A DNA stretch of 64,000 bases, taken from positions 2,769 through 66,768 of the forward strand of contig CAYVYM010000004.1 in the NCBI GenBank assembly GCA_964455705.1, given 5' to 3'. Shown one piece after another: positions 18,488-26,649 of the stretch. Made by a program: the position numbers and the translations under genes. Every line of letters starts with the position of its first letter. Within the stretch, counting starts at the first letter, position 1. The DNA is from an uncultured Rikenella sp. GTDB lineage: Bacteria; Bacteroidota; Bacteroidia; Bacteroidales; VadinHA17. Below the pieces are notes generated by a model that saw nothing but the letters and a program-made list of their open reading frames with translations, was not told the origin of the DNA and did not search any database.

Positions 18488-18876
18488 AAAACTTAGCCAC
18501 TGTCGGCAGGATCCTCTTCGCCCTGCCTTTTGCAGTGTTCGGGATCAACCATTTCCTGATGATGGATTATTACCTCGGGATGGTTACTTCATTCGTCCCG
18601 CTGGGAGGTTATACCATAATACTCACAGGACTGATAATGATAGGTGTAAGTATCAGCATCATCACCAAAAAGTTCATCAGGCTCTCGACTCTGATTCTTG
18701 CCGGCCTCCTGTTTGTCTTCATTGTCACTATCCATATTCCGCATCTGCTTGACGGCAGTGACAGGACTCCCATTCTCATTGCGCTTCTCAAGGACATCTC
18801 TCTCATGGGAGGTTCACTGATGATAGCGGGATACTGCCCGGAAGTTGAAAAGATTAATCCAAACGAACCGATATGA
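18484..18876 (+). CDS. DoxX family membrane protein
   Basis: 130 aa, four hydrophobic segments and a DoxX-like N-terminus (GRILFALPFAVFGINHF). It has ATGA overlaps with both neighbouring genes. Confidence 0.7.
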   Translation: MKNLATVGRILFALPFAVFGINHFLMMDYYLGMVTSFVPLGGYTIILTGLIMIGVSISIITKKFIRLSTLILAGLLFVFIVTIHIPHLLDGSDRTPILIALLKDISLMGGSLMIAGYCPEVEKINPNEPI

Positions 18877-19649
18877 AAAACCTGGTATTGACTGCAACCC
18901 TCCTTCTTGTTTTTGTCCAGCTCAACGGGCAGAAGCTGAAAACAGCCGGTTACACTCAGAAGGAGGTAGAGGTAGGTGTTATTGAGCAGCTCGGTGACAC
19001 CATCCCTCTTGATGTCTGGTTCTACAATGAGGAGAGCCGGAAGGTGACGCTGCGTGAGTTGATAGACAGGCCGACGATAATGTGTTTTGTCTATTTTGAC
19101 TGCCCAAACCTCTGCAGTCCGCTGATGGACGGTGTTGCCGACGTGGTAAGCAAGATGGACATGACCCTGGGTAATGAATACAAGATCATAACCATTAGCT
19201 TTAACACAAGTGACACCCCGGAAAAGGCAAGGGAGAAAAAGGTTAATTTCGTTCAGCGCATCAGCAAGGAGAACCAGAAAGACTGGATATATCTTACCGG
19301 TACGCAGGAGAATATAAGCGCAATAACAGCGGCTGCCGGGTATAAATACACTCCGCAGGGGCTTGACTTCGCCCACCCTTCAGTGATAATGGTACTTTCA
19401 CCTGCCGGGAAGATTACCCGATACCTTTACGGCCTGACATACCTGCCCTTTGACGTCAAGATGGCCATCATCGAGGCTCAGAAAGGGATAGCCAGGCCAA
19501 CGGCAAACCGTATCCTCGAGTACTGCTTTGCCTATAATCCGGCCAGTAAGACATATACGCTGCAGGTAACAAGGATAGTTGGTATTATAACTATTTTCTT
19601 CCTTGTGTTAATCATGGTGATCCTGCTTGTCAGGAGGAGGAAAAAATAA
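18873..19649 (+). CDS. SCO1/SenC family copper chaperone for CuA assembly
   Basis: Thioredoxin fold with CPNLCSP (CxxxC) and a downstream His (FAHPS). It has an N-terminal signal and a C-terminal TM anchor. Confidence 0.85.
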   Translation: MKNLVLTATLLLVFVQLNGQKLKTAGYTQKEVEVGVIEQLGDTIPLDVWFYNEESRKVTLRELIDRPTIMCFVYFDCPNLCSPLMDGVADVVSKMDMTLGNEYKIITISFNTSDTPEKAREKKVNFVQRISKENQKDWIYLTGTQENISAITAAAGYKYTPQGLDFAHPSVIMVLSPAGKITRYLYGLTYLPFDVKMAIIEAQKGIARPTANRILEYCFAYNPASKTYTLQVTRIVGIITIFFLVLIMVILLVRRRKK

Positions 19650-19663
19650 ATCGGGTTGAAAAT

Positions 19664-21277
19664 ATGGGAAAAGAAGCTGAGGTAAGTTACCTGGAATACC
19701 AGGGCAGATACAAAGGTATCTGGTCATGGCTGCTGAGCACTGACCACAAGCGGATAGGGCTGCTGTACCTTTATGCCATTATATTTTTCTTTTTTGTTGC
19801 AGCCACCCTGGGGTTGCTGATGCGGATAGAGCTCATAGCTCCGGGCCGTACGATCATGGAACCGCAGACCTATAACGGGTTCTTTACAATTCATGGGATC
19901 ATCATGATCTTCGTGATCGTGATCCCGGGCCTGGCAGCGGTGTTTGGCAACTTTTTCCTGCCGATACTGATCGGGGCCAGGGATGTGGCCTTTCCAAAGC
20001 TAAACCTCTTTTCCTGGTATCTCTACATGACAGGGGCATTCCTCGGGGTTCTTTCACAGTTCCTGGGCAGCGGGCCGCCTGATACCGGCTGGACCTTCTA
20101 CGTGCCTTACAGCGTGGAGTCGGGCACCAGTGTCATCTGGGCGCTCACCGCCGCCTTCATCCTGGGATTTTCGTCAATTCTCACCGGGTTGAACTTTATT
20201 GTCACCATCCACCGGATGAGAGCGCCGGGGATGAAATGGTTAAGGATGCCCCTCTTCCCCTGGGCAATCTATGCTACAGCCTGGATCCAGGTACTTGCCA
20301 CTCCGATAATCGGGATCACTCTCATCATGGTGATTGCCGAGCGCGTCCTGAATATTGGTTTCTTCGATCCTGCGCTGGGTGGTGACCCTATCCTGTTCCA
20401 GCATCTCTTCTGGATATACTCGCATCCGGCGGTGTACATCATGATTCTGCCCGCCATGGGTGTCGTCACGGAGATCTTCCCGACATTCAGCCAGAAACCC
20501 GTCTTCGGGTACGGAGCCATTGTGCTCTCCAGTCTTGCCATAGCCTTTGTGGGGTATTTCGTATGGGGCCACCATATGTTCACCTCGGGCATGAGTTATA
20601 ATGCGCGGTGGTTCTTTTCATTTCTTACATTCATTGTTGCCATTCCCAGTGCCATCAAAGTATTTAACTGGATTTCAACGATGTATGGAGGGTCAATTGA
20701 TCTGAAGCCTCCCCTGCTGTACGCCATATCCTTTATTTTTCTATTCCTTATCGGCGGATTCACTGGCCTTGTTCTGGGTTCACTGGCAACCAACGTTCAG
20801 ACTCATGACACTGCGTTTGTGGTCGCCCACTTCCATTACATCGTATTTGGAGGAATGGGCTTCGCATTCTTCGCGGCCATACACTACTGGTTCCCGAAGA
20901 TGTACGGAAGGATGTACAACAACAGGGTGGCAAATATTGCATGGGGATTCAACTTCGTAGGGTTCAACCTGCTCTATTTCCCGCTTTTCATAATAGGGAT
21001 ACAGGGGATGCCAAGGCGTGCGTACGACTATCTGCCGCAGTTCCATACAGGGCACTTTATATCTACAATAGGGTCATTCATCCTGCTGGCCGGGATGATA
21101 CTGATGGTTTACAATCTCATGGTTGCAGCGCGGCGAGGGGCTAAAGCGCCAGCCAATCCCTGGCATGGCGTCACGCTTGAATGGAAAATTCCCTCTCCCC
21201 CGCCTCACGAGAACTTTGATGAGATACCAGAGATTACGACACAGCCATATTTCTTCGGCACAAAGGATAAAAACTAA
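19664..21277 (+). CDS. ctaD: Cytochrome c oxidase subunit I (A2-type haem-copper oxidase)
   Basis: 537 aa with 12 TM segments. It carries the His ligands and the cross-link motif IYSHPAVYIMILP, plus GHHMFTSGM and HFHYIVFGG. Confidence 0.95.
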   Translation: MGKEAEVSYLEYQGRYKGIWSWLLSTDHKRIGLLYLYAIIFFFFVAATLGLLMRIELIAPGRTIMEPQTYNGFFTIHGIIMIFVIVIPGLAAVFGNFFLPILIGARDVAFPKLNLFSWYLYMTGAFLGVLSQFLGSGPPDTGWTFYVPYSVESGTSVIWALTAAFILGFSSILTGLNFIVTIHRMRAPGMKWLRMPLFPWAIYATAWIQVLATPIIGITLIMVIAERVLNIGFFDPALGGDPILFQHLFWIYSHPAVYIMILPAMGVVTEIFPTFSQKPVFGYGAIVLSSLAIAFVGYFVWGHHMFTSGMSYNARWFFSFLTFIVAIPSAIKVFNWISTMYGGSIDLKPPLLYAISFIFLFLIGGFTGLVLGSLATNVQTHDTAFVVAHFHYIVFGGMGFAFFAAIHYWFPKMYGRMYNNRVANIAWGFNFVGFNLLYFPLFIIGIQGMPRRAYDYLPQFHTGHFISTIGSFILLAGMILMVYNLMVAARRGAKAPANPWHGVTLEWKIPSPPPHENFDEIPEITTQPYFFGTKDKN

Positions 21278-21290
21278 CAGCAGGTTATAG

Positions 21291-21905
21291 ATGACAGTTC
21301 ATCAGACCCATAGTGAGCACATTGACAGCGATACCGGAAAACTGGGGATGTGGATCTTTCTATTCACGGAACTTTTCCTGTTCGGCGGTTTGTTCCTCGT
21401 CTATGCCATTTTCAGGGCAAAATACTCCGCTGATTTTCATGTTGCTGCAGAAGAACTGAATGTATTCATTGGTACAATGAACACTGTCTTCCTTCTGGTC
21501 AGCAGTATGACTGCGGCAATGGCTCTTACTGCCATACAGAAAGGTGACAGGCGTCTGACCCTTTTTCTTTTGATGGTTACCCTCCTTTTGGCGGCCCTGT
21601 TCATGGTTAACAAATACTTCGAATGGTCGCACAAATTTGAATACGGCATCTACCCGGGCTCTCCGGTTCTGAAAAACATGTCACACGGCGAGCTTCTGTT
21701 TTTCGGGCTATACTACATGATGACCGGACTGCACGCGCTCCATGTGCTTATCGGGATGGTCCTCCTCTCGATCAACGTAGTGAAAGTTAAATCCGGGGCC
21801 GTAAACAGCGAAAGGTACCTGATGCTTGAGAACAGCGCCCTCTACTGGCACCTTGTTGACCTGATATGGATCTTCCTCTTCCCTCTTCTGTACCTTATAA
21901 CCTGA
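21291..21905 (+). CDS. ctaE: Cytochrome c oxidase subunit III
   Basis: 204 aa with five hydrophobic segments. The ending YWHLVDLIWIFLFPLLY is typical of subunit III. Confidence 0.9.
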   Translation: MTVHQTHSEHIDSDTGKLGMWIFLFTELFLFGGLFLVYAIFRAKYSADFHVAAEELNVFIGTMNTVFLLVSSMTAAMALTAIQKGDRRLTLFLLMVTLLLAALFMVNKYFEWSHKFEYGIYPGSPVLKNMSHGELLFFGLYYMMTGLHALHVLIGMVLLSINVVKVKSGAVNSERYLMLENSALYWHLVDLIWIFLFPLLYLIT

Positions 21906-21912
21906 GAGAGAC

Positions 21913-22197
21913 ATGAAAAACGACGAAAAACATATTTCATCATACGAATCGCTGACTGTAGTCCTTGCTATATTGCTTTTTCTTACCACCATCTCGGTAT
22001 TGGTCACAGGATTTCACCTCGGAGCCCTTACCGTTGCGGTGGCTCTTATAATAGCAAGCGTAAAGGTTTTCATAGTGCTCTCACAATTCATGCACCTCCG
22101 GTTCGAGAACCGCTTTCTGCGTCTGGCCGTGGCCGGGGTGTTTGTGATGTTTGCGCTGGTCACTATAAGTACATTCATTGATTATTTGTTCAGATAA
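21913..22197 (+). CDS. Cytochrome c oxidase subunit IV (bacterial caa3-type small subunit)
   Basis: 94 aa with three hydrophobic segments. It lies directly after subunit III. Confidence 0.7.
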   Translation: MKNDEKHISSYESLTVVLAILLFLTTISVLVTGFHLGALTVAVALIIASVKVFIVLSQFMHLRFENRFLRLAVAGVFVMFALVTISTFIDYLFR

Positions 22198-22209
22198 ATA
22201 AGGAAAGTT

Positions 22210-23139
22210 ATGTTTAACGGGGCATCAAATCTTGCAGAGGGAGTAGACAAGGCATTCCTGTTCATCTTTATCATCGCCTTCATTTTCATTATCGGCATAA
22301 CTGGTTTCATGATCTGGACCGTGATCCATTTCTCAAGGAAGAAAGGGAAGGAAGCGCAGCAATTCACCGGCAGTATGAAACTTGAGGTCTTATGGACGGT
22401 TGTGCCCCTGATACTTGTAGTGATCATGTTCTGGGTCGGGTGGAAAGGGTTTGCCCCTATGCGTAAGGTGCCCGCCGATGCGATGATCATCACTGCCATT
22501 GGCAGGATGTGGGAGTGGGAATTCATTTATAGCGACAGTCTCAGGTCGAAGGAGCTGGTGCTGCCCATCAACAAGGCCGTCAAACTCGAGCTTGTATCGG
22601 AGGATGTCAACCACAGCCTCTTCATCCCGGCGTTCAGGGTCAAGGAGGATGTGGTGCCGGGCTACGACAACTACCTCTGGTTCACTCCAAACTATATCGG
22701 CAACTATGAGATTCTGTGTACGGAGTACTGCGGGCTTCTGCACTCGGCGATGGTTTCAAAGACACGCATTGTGGAGCAGGAGGAGTTCGATATCTGGTAC
22801 GAAGAGCTGATCACCGCTTCATACGTTCCTGAACCCGAAGGACTCAAGTTGCTCCGCGGAACAGGATGCCTTGCCTGTCATTCTCTTGACGGAGCAAAGC
22901 TGGTCGGTCCCTCCTTCGCAGGATTCTACGGATCACAGAGATCCGTTATGGAAGGCAATACAGAAAAAACTGTGACGGCTGATGAAGCCTATATCATCAG
23001 CTCCATATATGACCCCAACAAGGAAATAGTTGTAGGTTATGCAAGGAACCTCATGCAGTCATACCGCGAGCTGCTCACCATAGAGAACATTGCCGTCATG
23101 ACCGAATATCTTAAAACAATCGGCCAGGATGCCAACTGA
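22210..23139 (+). CDS. ctaC: Cytochrome c oxidase subunit II with a fused C-terminal cytochrome c domain (caa3-type)
   Basis: Two N-terminal TM helices, the CuA motif CTEYCGLLHSAM and a C-terminal CLACHS haem-c motif. Confidence 0.95.
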   Translation: MFNGASNLAEGVDKAFLFIFIIAFIFIIGITGFMIWTVIHFSRKKGKEAQQFTGSMKLEVLWTVVPLILVVIMFWVGWKGFAPMRKVPADAMIITAIGRMWEWEFIYSDSLRSKELVLPINKAVKLELVSEDVNHSLFIPAFRVKEDVVPGYDNYLWFTPNYIGNYEILCTEYCGLLHSAMVSKTRIVEQEEFDIWYEELITASYVPEPEGLKLLRGTGCLACHSLDGAKLVGPSFAGFYGSQRSVMEGNTEKTVTADEAYIISSIYDPNKEIVVGYARNLMQSYRELLTIENIAVMTEYLKTIGQDAN

Positions 23140-24016
23140 GAAGTCAAATTTCGCCCTGGTTGCTGAGCTTACAAAATGGAAGCTCTCACTTGCGGTTGCC
23201 TTCTCGGCCGTGACAGGTTACCTTATTTGTGACGGTATTGCCGGCACCGGTCTTCCGGAGGCGGCAGCCGGCACCGGTCTTATTAAGGTTGCCGCCGGTG
23301 TTTTTCTTCTGTCGTCAGGCGCTGCGGCTCTCAACCAGTACACTGAGAGAAAAAGTGATGCACTCATGGCGAGGACTGCAGGGCGGCCCCTCCCCTCCGG
23401 CCGGATGTCGCCGGGTGCAGCTGCAGGGGTGGCCCTTTTACTGCTCGTTTCAGGATCACTTGTGCTCGGTTTCAGTGGTCTTTTGCCTCTGGCCCTCGGG
23501 CTGACCAATGTGATCCTATACAATGGCGTCTATACGGGATTGAAAAAAGTTACCGCTCTTGCCATAATCCCGGGGGCGCTGGTGGGCGCCGTGCCCCCAC
23601 TCATAGGATATACGGCTGCAGGCGGCGGAGTGACAGACACTGTCATAATCCTTTTTGCCCTCTTCATGTTCCTCTGGCAGATGCCGCACTTCTGGCTGCT
23701 CCTGGCGAGATACGGAAGTGAATATGAAAAAGCCGGCATCAAAACAATATATGGTTTAATGAATCCTGATCAGATAAACCGGCTGGTAATGGTCTGGATA
23801 ACAGGATCATCACTGTTGCTCTGGATTCTTACTGGCATGTTCATTCCGTTTGACGTACCTGTTGCTGTTTGGCTGCTGGCACTTAACATTGCCTTCATCG
23901 CTGCTTTCCGGAGGATCATAAAGGCATCTGACTCTGAAGTAAAACCAAAGAATGCATTTATCCTGATAAATTCCTTCCCGCTGCTGATAATGCTTATTCT
24001 TATAGCAGTCTCATAA
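23129..24016 (+). CDS. ctaB: Protohaem IX farnesyltransferase (haem O synthase)
   Basis: 295-aa polytopic protein of the UbiA prenyltransferase family (ALNQYTERKSDALMARTAGRPLPSG). It overlaps the coxII stop by 11 nt. Confidence 0.9.
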   Translation: MPTEKSNFALVAELTKWKLSLAVAFSAVTGYLICDGIAGTGLPEAAAGTGLIKVAAGVFLLSSGAAALNQYTERKSDALMARTAGRPLPSGRMSPGAAAGVALLLLVSGSLVLGFSGLLPLALGLTNVILYNGVYTGLKKVTALAIIPGALVGAVPPLIGYTAAGGGVTDTVIILFALFMFLWQMPHFWLLLARYGSEYEKAGIKTIYGLMNPDQINRLVMVWITGSSLLLWILTGMFIPFDVPVAVWLLALNIAFIAAFRRIIKASDSEVKPKNAFILINSFPLLIMLILIAVS

Positions 24017-24055
24017 ATCGTATTTTTTTGAAAAACTTATATCATCTTACCAGAA

Positions 24056-24916
24056 ATGAAAATCAAAACGCTGATAACAGCTTTTCTGTACGTTACCATT
24101 TCAGTCGGACAGCTCCTTTCGCAGGACATCAATTCCGGAGGTCAGACCTCAGGGCCATTATCTGGCACACTGGTCATTGTGGGCGGAGGGAGGCTGTCAG
24201 ATGTCATTATTGATCGCTTCATAGAGCTCGCAGGCGGAACATCCGCCAGGATAGTATTGGTACCCACTGCTGCCGGGGCGGACAGCTATCCGGACAGCGC
24301 AGGTGATATGTTCAGGTCAAGGGGTGCCGGGAATGTTACTGTGCTGCATACTGACAACAGGGACACTGCTGACAGCAGGTATTTTACCCGGCCGCTTGAG
24401 GAGGCAACGGGCGTGTGGTTTGGCGGCGGACGGCAGTGGCGGCTGGTCGACTCCTACAAGGGCACCCGTTCCGAGACGATGTTCAGGCAGGTTCTTGACC
24501 GCGGGGGAGTTATCGGAGGCTCCTCGGCCGGCGCAACAATACAGGGCTCATTCCTGGCAAGAGGAGACACGAAGAATAACCAGGAAATGATGGGCGATCA
24601 TCAGGAGGGATTCGGTTACATCAGCAACATAGCGATAGATCAGCATGTGCTTGCAAGAAACCGGCAGTTTGACATGTACGGTATACTCCGTGAACATCCC
24701 GGGTTGCTGGGGATAGGGATAGATGAAAATACGGCTGTTGTAGTGCAACGTGACACCATGGAGGTTATCGGTGCCAGTTATGTTCTTGTCTATGACGATT
24801 CATTCTGGTCGCGTGAAGGAAGTGATATGAAGATCCTTCCAGCAAAAGAATTTCTCTTCTACATGCTCAGATCCGGTGACAGGTATAACCTCCGGCTGAG
24901 GAAAATAATTGAATAA
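24056..24916 (+). CDS. Cyanophycinase (peptidase S51) with a signal peptide
   Basis: Signal MKIKTLITAFLYVTISVGQLLSQ. Family motifs are LVIVGGG, VWFGGGRQW, the nucleophile GGSSAGA, IDQHVLARNR and GIGIDENTA. Confidence 0.85.
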   Translation: MKIKTLITAFLYVTISVGQLLSQDINSGGQTSGPLSGTLVIVGGGRLSDVIIDRFIELAGGTSARIVLVPTAAGADSYPDSAGDMFRSRGAGNVTVLHTDNRDTADSRYFTRPLEEATGVWFGGGRQWRLVDSYKGTRSETMFRQVLDRGGVIGGSSAGATIQGSFLARGDTKNNQEMMGDHQEGFGYISNIAIDQHVLARNRQFDMYGILREHPGLLGIGIDENTAVVVQRDTMEVIGASYVLVYDDSFWSREGSDMKILPAKEFLFYMLRSGDRYNLRLRKIIE

Positions 24917-25090
24917 GACTGTTATTGACGGTTTCCGGTCACCGGGTGCTTGCCTTATTTCGCCTTTGCCGAAAGATTGCATTTCCGGTTTAATTGACTA
25001 TTGTTATCCGGCCCTCCGGTTTTCAACAGGGGCGGTCATTTACGGCAATTATGCTAACTTTATTCTCTCATAAAAGAAATATCACAGACT

Positions 25091-26644
25091 ATGAAAAAGA
25101 CACTTTCCCTTTCGCTGATGCTGTTCATGGTCATCACAGCATGGTCACAATCCCTTATATCGGACCTTATAGACAAAGTGGCAGAACAGTCAATGCAGGT
25201 CTTCGATGTGCCGGGCATCGCCGTTGCGGTGGTCAAGGATGACAGGGTGATTCACATGAAGGGTTACGGTGTCAGTTCCATCATAACCGGCAAGAGGACG
25301 GATGAGAACACACTCTTCGCTATTGCCTCCAACTCAAAGGCCTTTACTGCGGCAGCCCTGGGCATACTTGTTGATGAGGGGAAGATATCCTGGGAGACGA
25401 AGGTGATAGACGTCATCCCGGAATTCAGGCTGTACAATGCATATGTCACAGAAGACTTTAATATTAAGGATCTCCTGACGCACCGGAGCGGCATGGGGCT
25501 GGGGGCAGGCGACCTGATGCTGTGGCCTGACTCCTCAACCTTCACGAAGGAAGAGATCATCCATAACCTGAGATACCTTAAGCAGACCTCCCCGTTCCGG
25601 ACGAAGTATGACTATGACAACCTTCTCTACCTGGTTGCCGGCGAGGTTGTAGCGAGGGTCTCGGGGCAGAGCTGGGAGCAGTTCGTCGAGGAGCGCATCA
25701 TGAAGCCGTTGGGGATGGAGAGATCTTCACCCTCGCCCGGCAGGGTCAGGGACAGATCGAATATGATTGATGCTCATGTGCCGGTCAACGGAGTGCTTCA
25801 GGTGGTGCCAATTTATGAAAGCGACCTGCTCAATCCGGCAGGAGGGATTATCAGCAGCGTGGCTGACATGACAAAGTGGGTGATGATGCAGCTCAACCAC
25901 GGAAAATACGGTGAAAACAACGGCAGGCAGCTTTTAATGGAAAGGACTCACCGCGAGATGTGGACACCACAGACGATCATACCCGTCAGGACAGCCGGTC
26001 CTTATAATAGCCATTTTGCAGGGTACGGGCTCGGATGGCGCCTCACTGACGTCAGCGGGTACCTTCAGGTTTCGCACACCGGCGGACTGGCCGGCATAGT
26101 GACACAGGTGACGCTGATCCCGGAGTTGAAGCTGGGAATAATCGTATTCACCAACCAGCAGGAGAGCTCCGCATTCACTGCAATCACCAATACCATCAAG
26201 GAGGTTTTCATTGGAGACACAGGAAACGATTGGGTTAAGACACTCAGGGAGAATGTTGAGAGTAACCGGACCGAGGCAAAAAAGATTACCGATGAGATAT
26301 GGGCCAAGGTTGAGGCAAACCGTTCAAAGACAGGAGCACCCGTCGATCATTCAACATACGCAGGAAATTACAGTGACAAATGGTTCGGTGACGTAGTGAT
26401 CGCCGAAGAGGCCGGCAAGCTGCGCTTCAAATCCGTCAAATCGCCCAAACTGCGTGGAGACATGCTTTACTATACCGGTAACACCTTTATTGTCAGGTGG
26501 GATGACAGATCGATGGATGCCGATGCATACGCGGTCTTTACCCTCGATAAAGAGGGGAAAGCTGCCGCGTTCACCATGGAGGCAATCTCGCCGCTGACCG
26601 ACTTCAGTTATGACTTCCATGATCTCAGCCTCAAAAGAAAGTGA
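25091..26644 (+). CDS. Serine hydrolase, beta-lactamase/S12 family with a C-terminal lipocalin-like (DUF3471-type) extension
   Basis: Signal peptide present. It has SxxK (ASNSKAF), YxN (YDYDNLLY) and the HTG box (VSHTGG). Confidence 0.85.
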   Translation: MKKTLSLSLMLFMVITAWSQSLISDLIDKVAEQSMQVFDVPGIAVAVVKDDRVIHMKGYGVSSIITGKRTDENTLFAIASNSKAFTAAALGILVDEGKISWETKVIDVIPEFRLYNAYVTEDFNIKDLLTHRSGMGLGAGDLMLWPDSSTFTKEEIIHNLRYLKQTSPFRTKYDYDNLLYLVAGEVVARVSGQSWEQFVEERIMKPLGMERSSPSPGRVRDRSNMIDAHVPVNGVLQVVPIYESDLLNPAGGIISSVADMTKWVMMQLNHGKYGENNGRQLLMERTHREMWTPQTIIPVRTAGPYNSHFAGYGLGWRLTDVSGYLQVSHTGGLAGIVTQVTLIPELKLGIIVFTNQQESSAFTAITNTIKEVFIGDTGNDWVKTLRENVESNRTEAKKITDEIWAKVEANRSKTGAPVDHSTYAGNYSDKWFGDVVIAEEAGKLRFKSVKSPKLRGDMLYYTGNTFIVRWDDRSMDADAYAVFTLDKEGKAAAFTMEAISPLTDFSYDFHDLSLKRK

Positions 26645-26649
26645 AGCAG

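Noticed and set aside
18609-19376. A 255-aa ORF antisense to the DoxX and SCO1 genes
   Set aside because: It is fully embedded opposite two genes with strong family motifs. It has no recognisable motif and a composition typical of antisense frames. It would also break a tightly coupled operon.
24934-25020. Three TCCGGT motifs (24934, 24984, 25015), two of them TTTCCGGT next to ATTGAC, upstream of the S12 hydrolase gene
   Set aside because: The motif is short, the spacing is irregular (50 and 31 bp) and there is no clear dyad symmetry. This cannot be distinguished from chance without comparative data.
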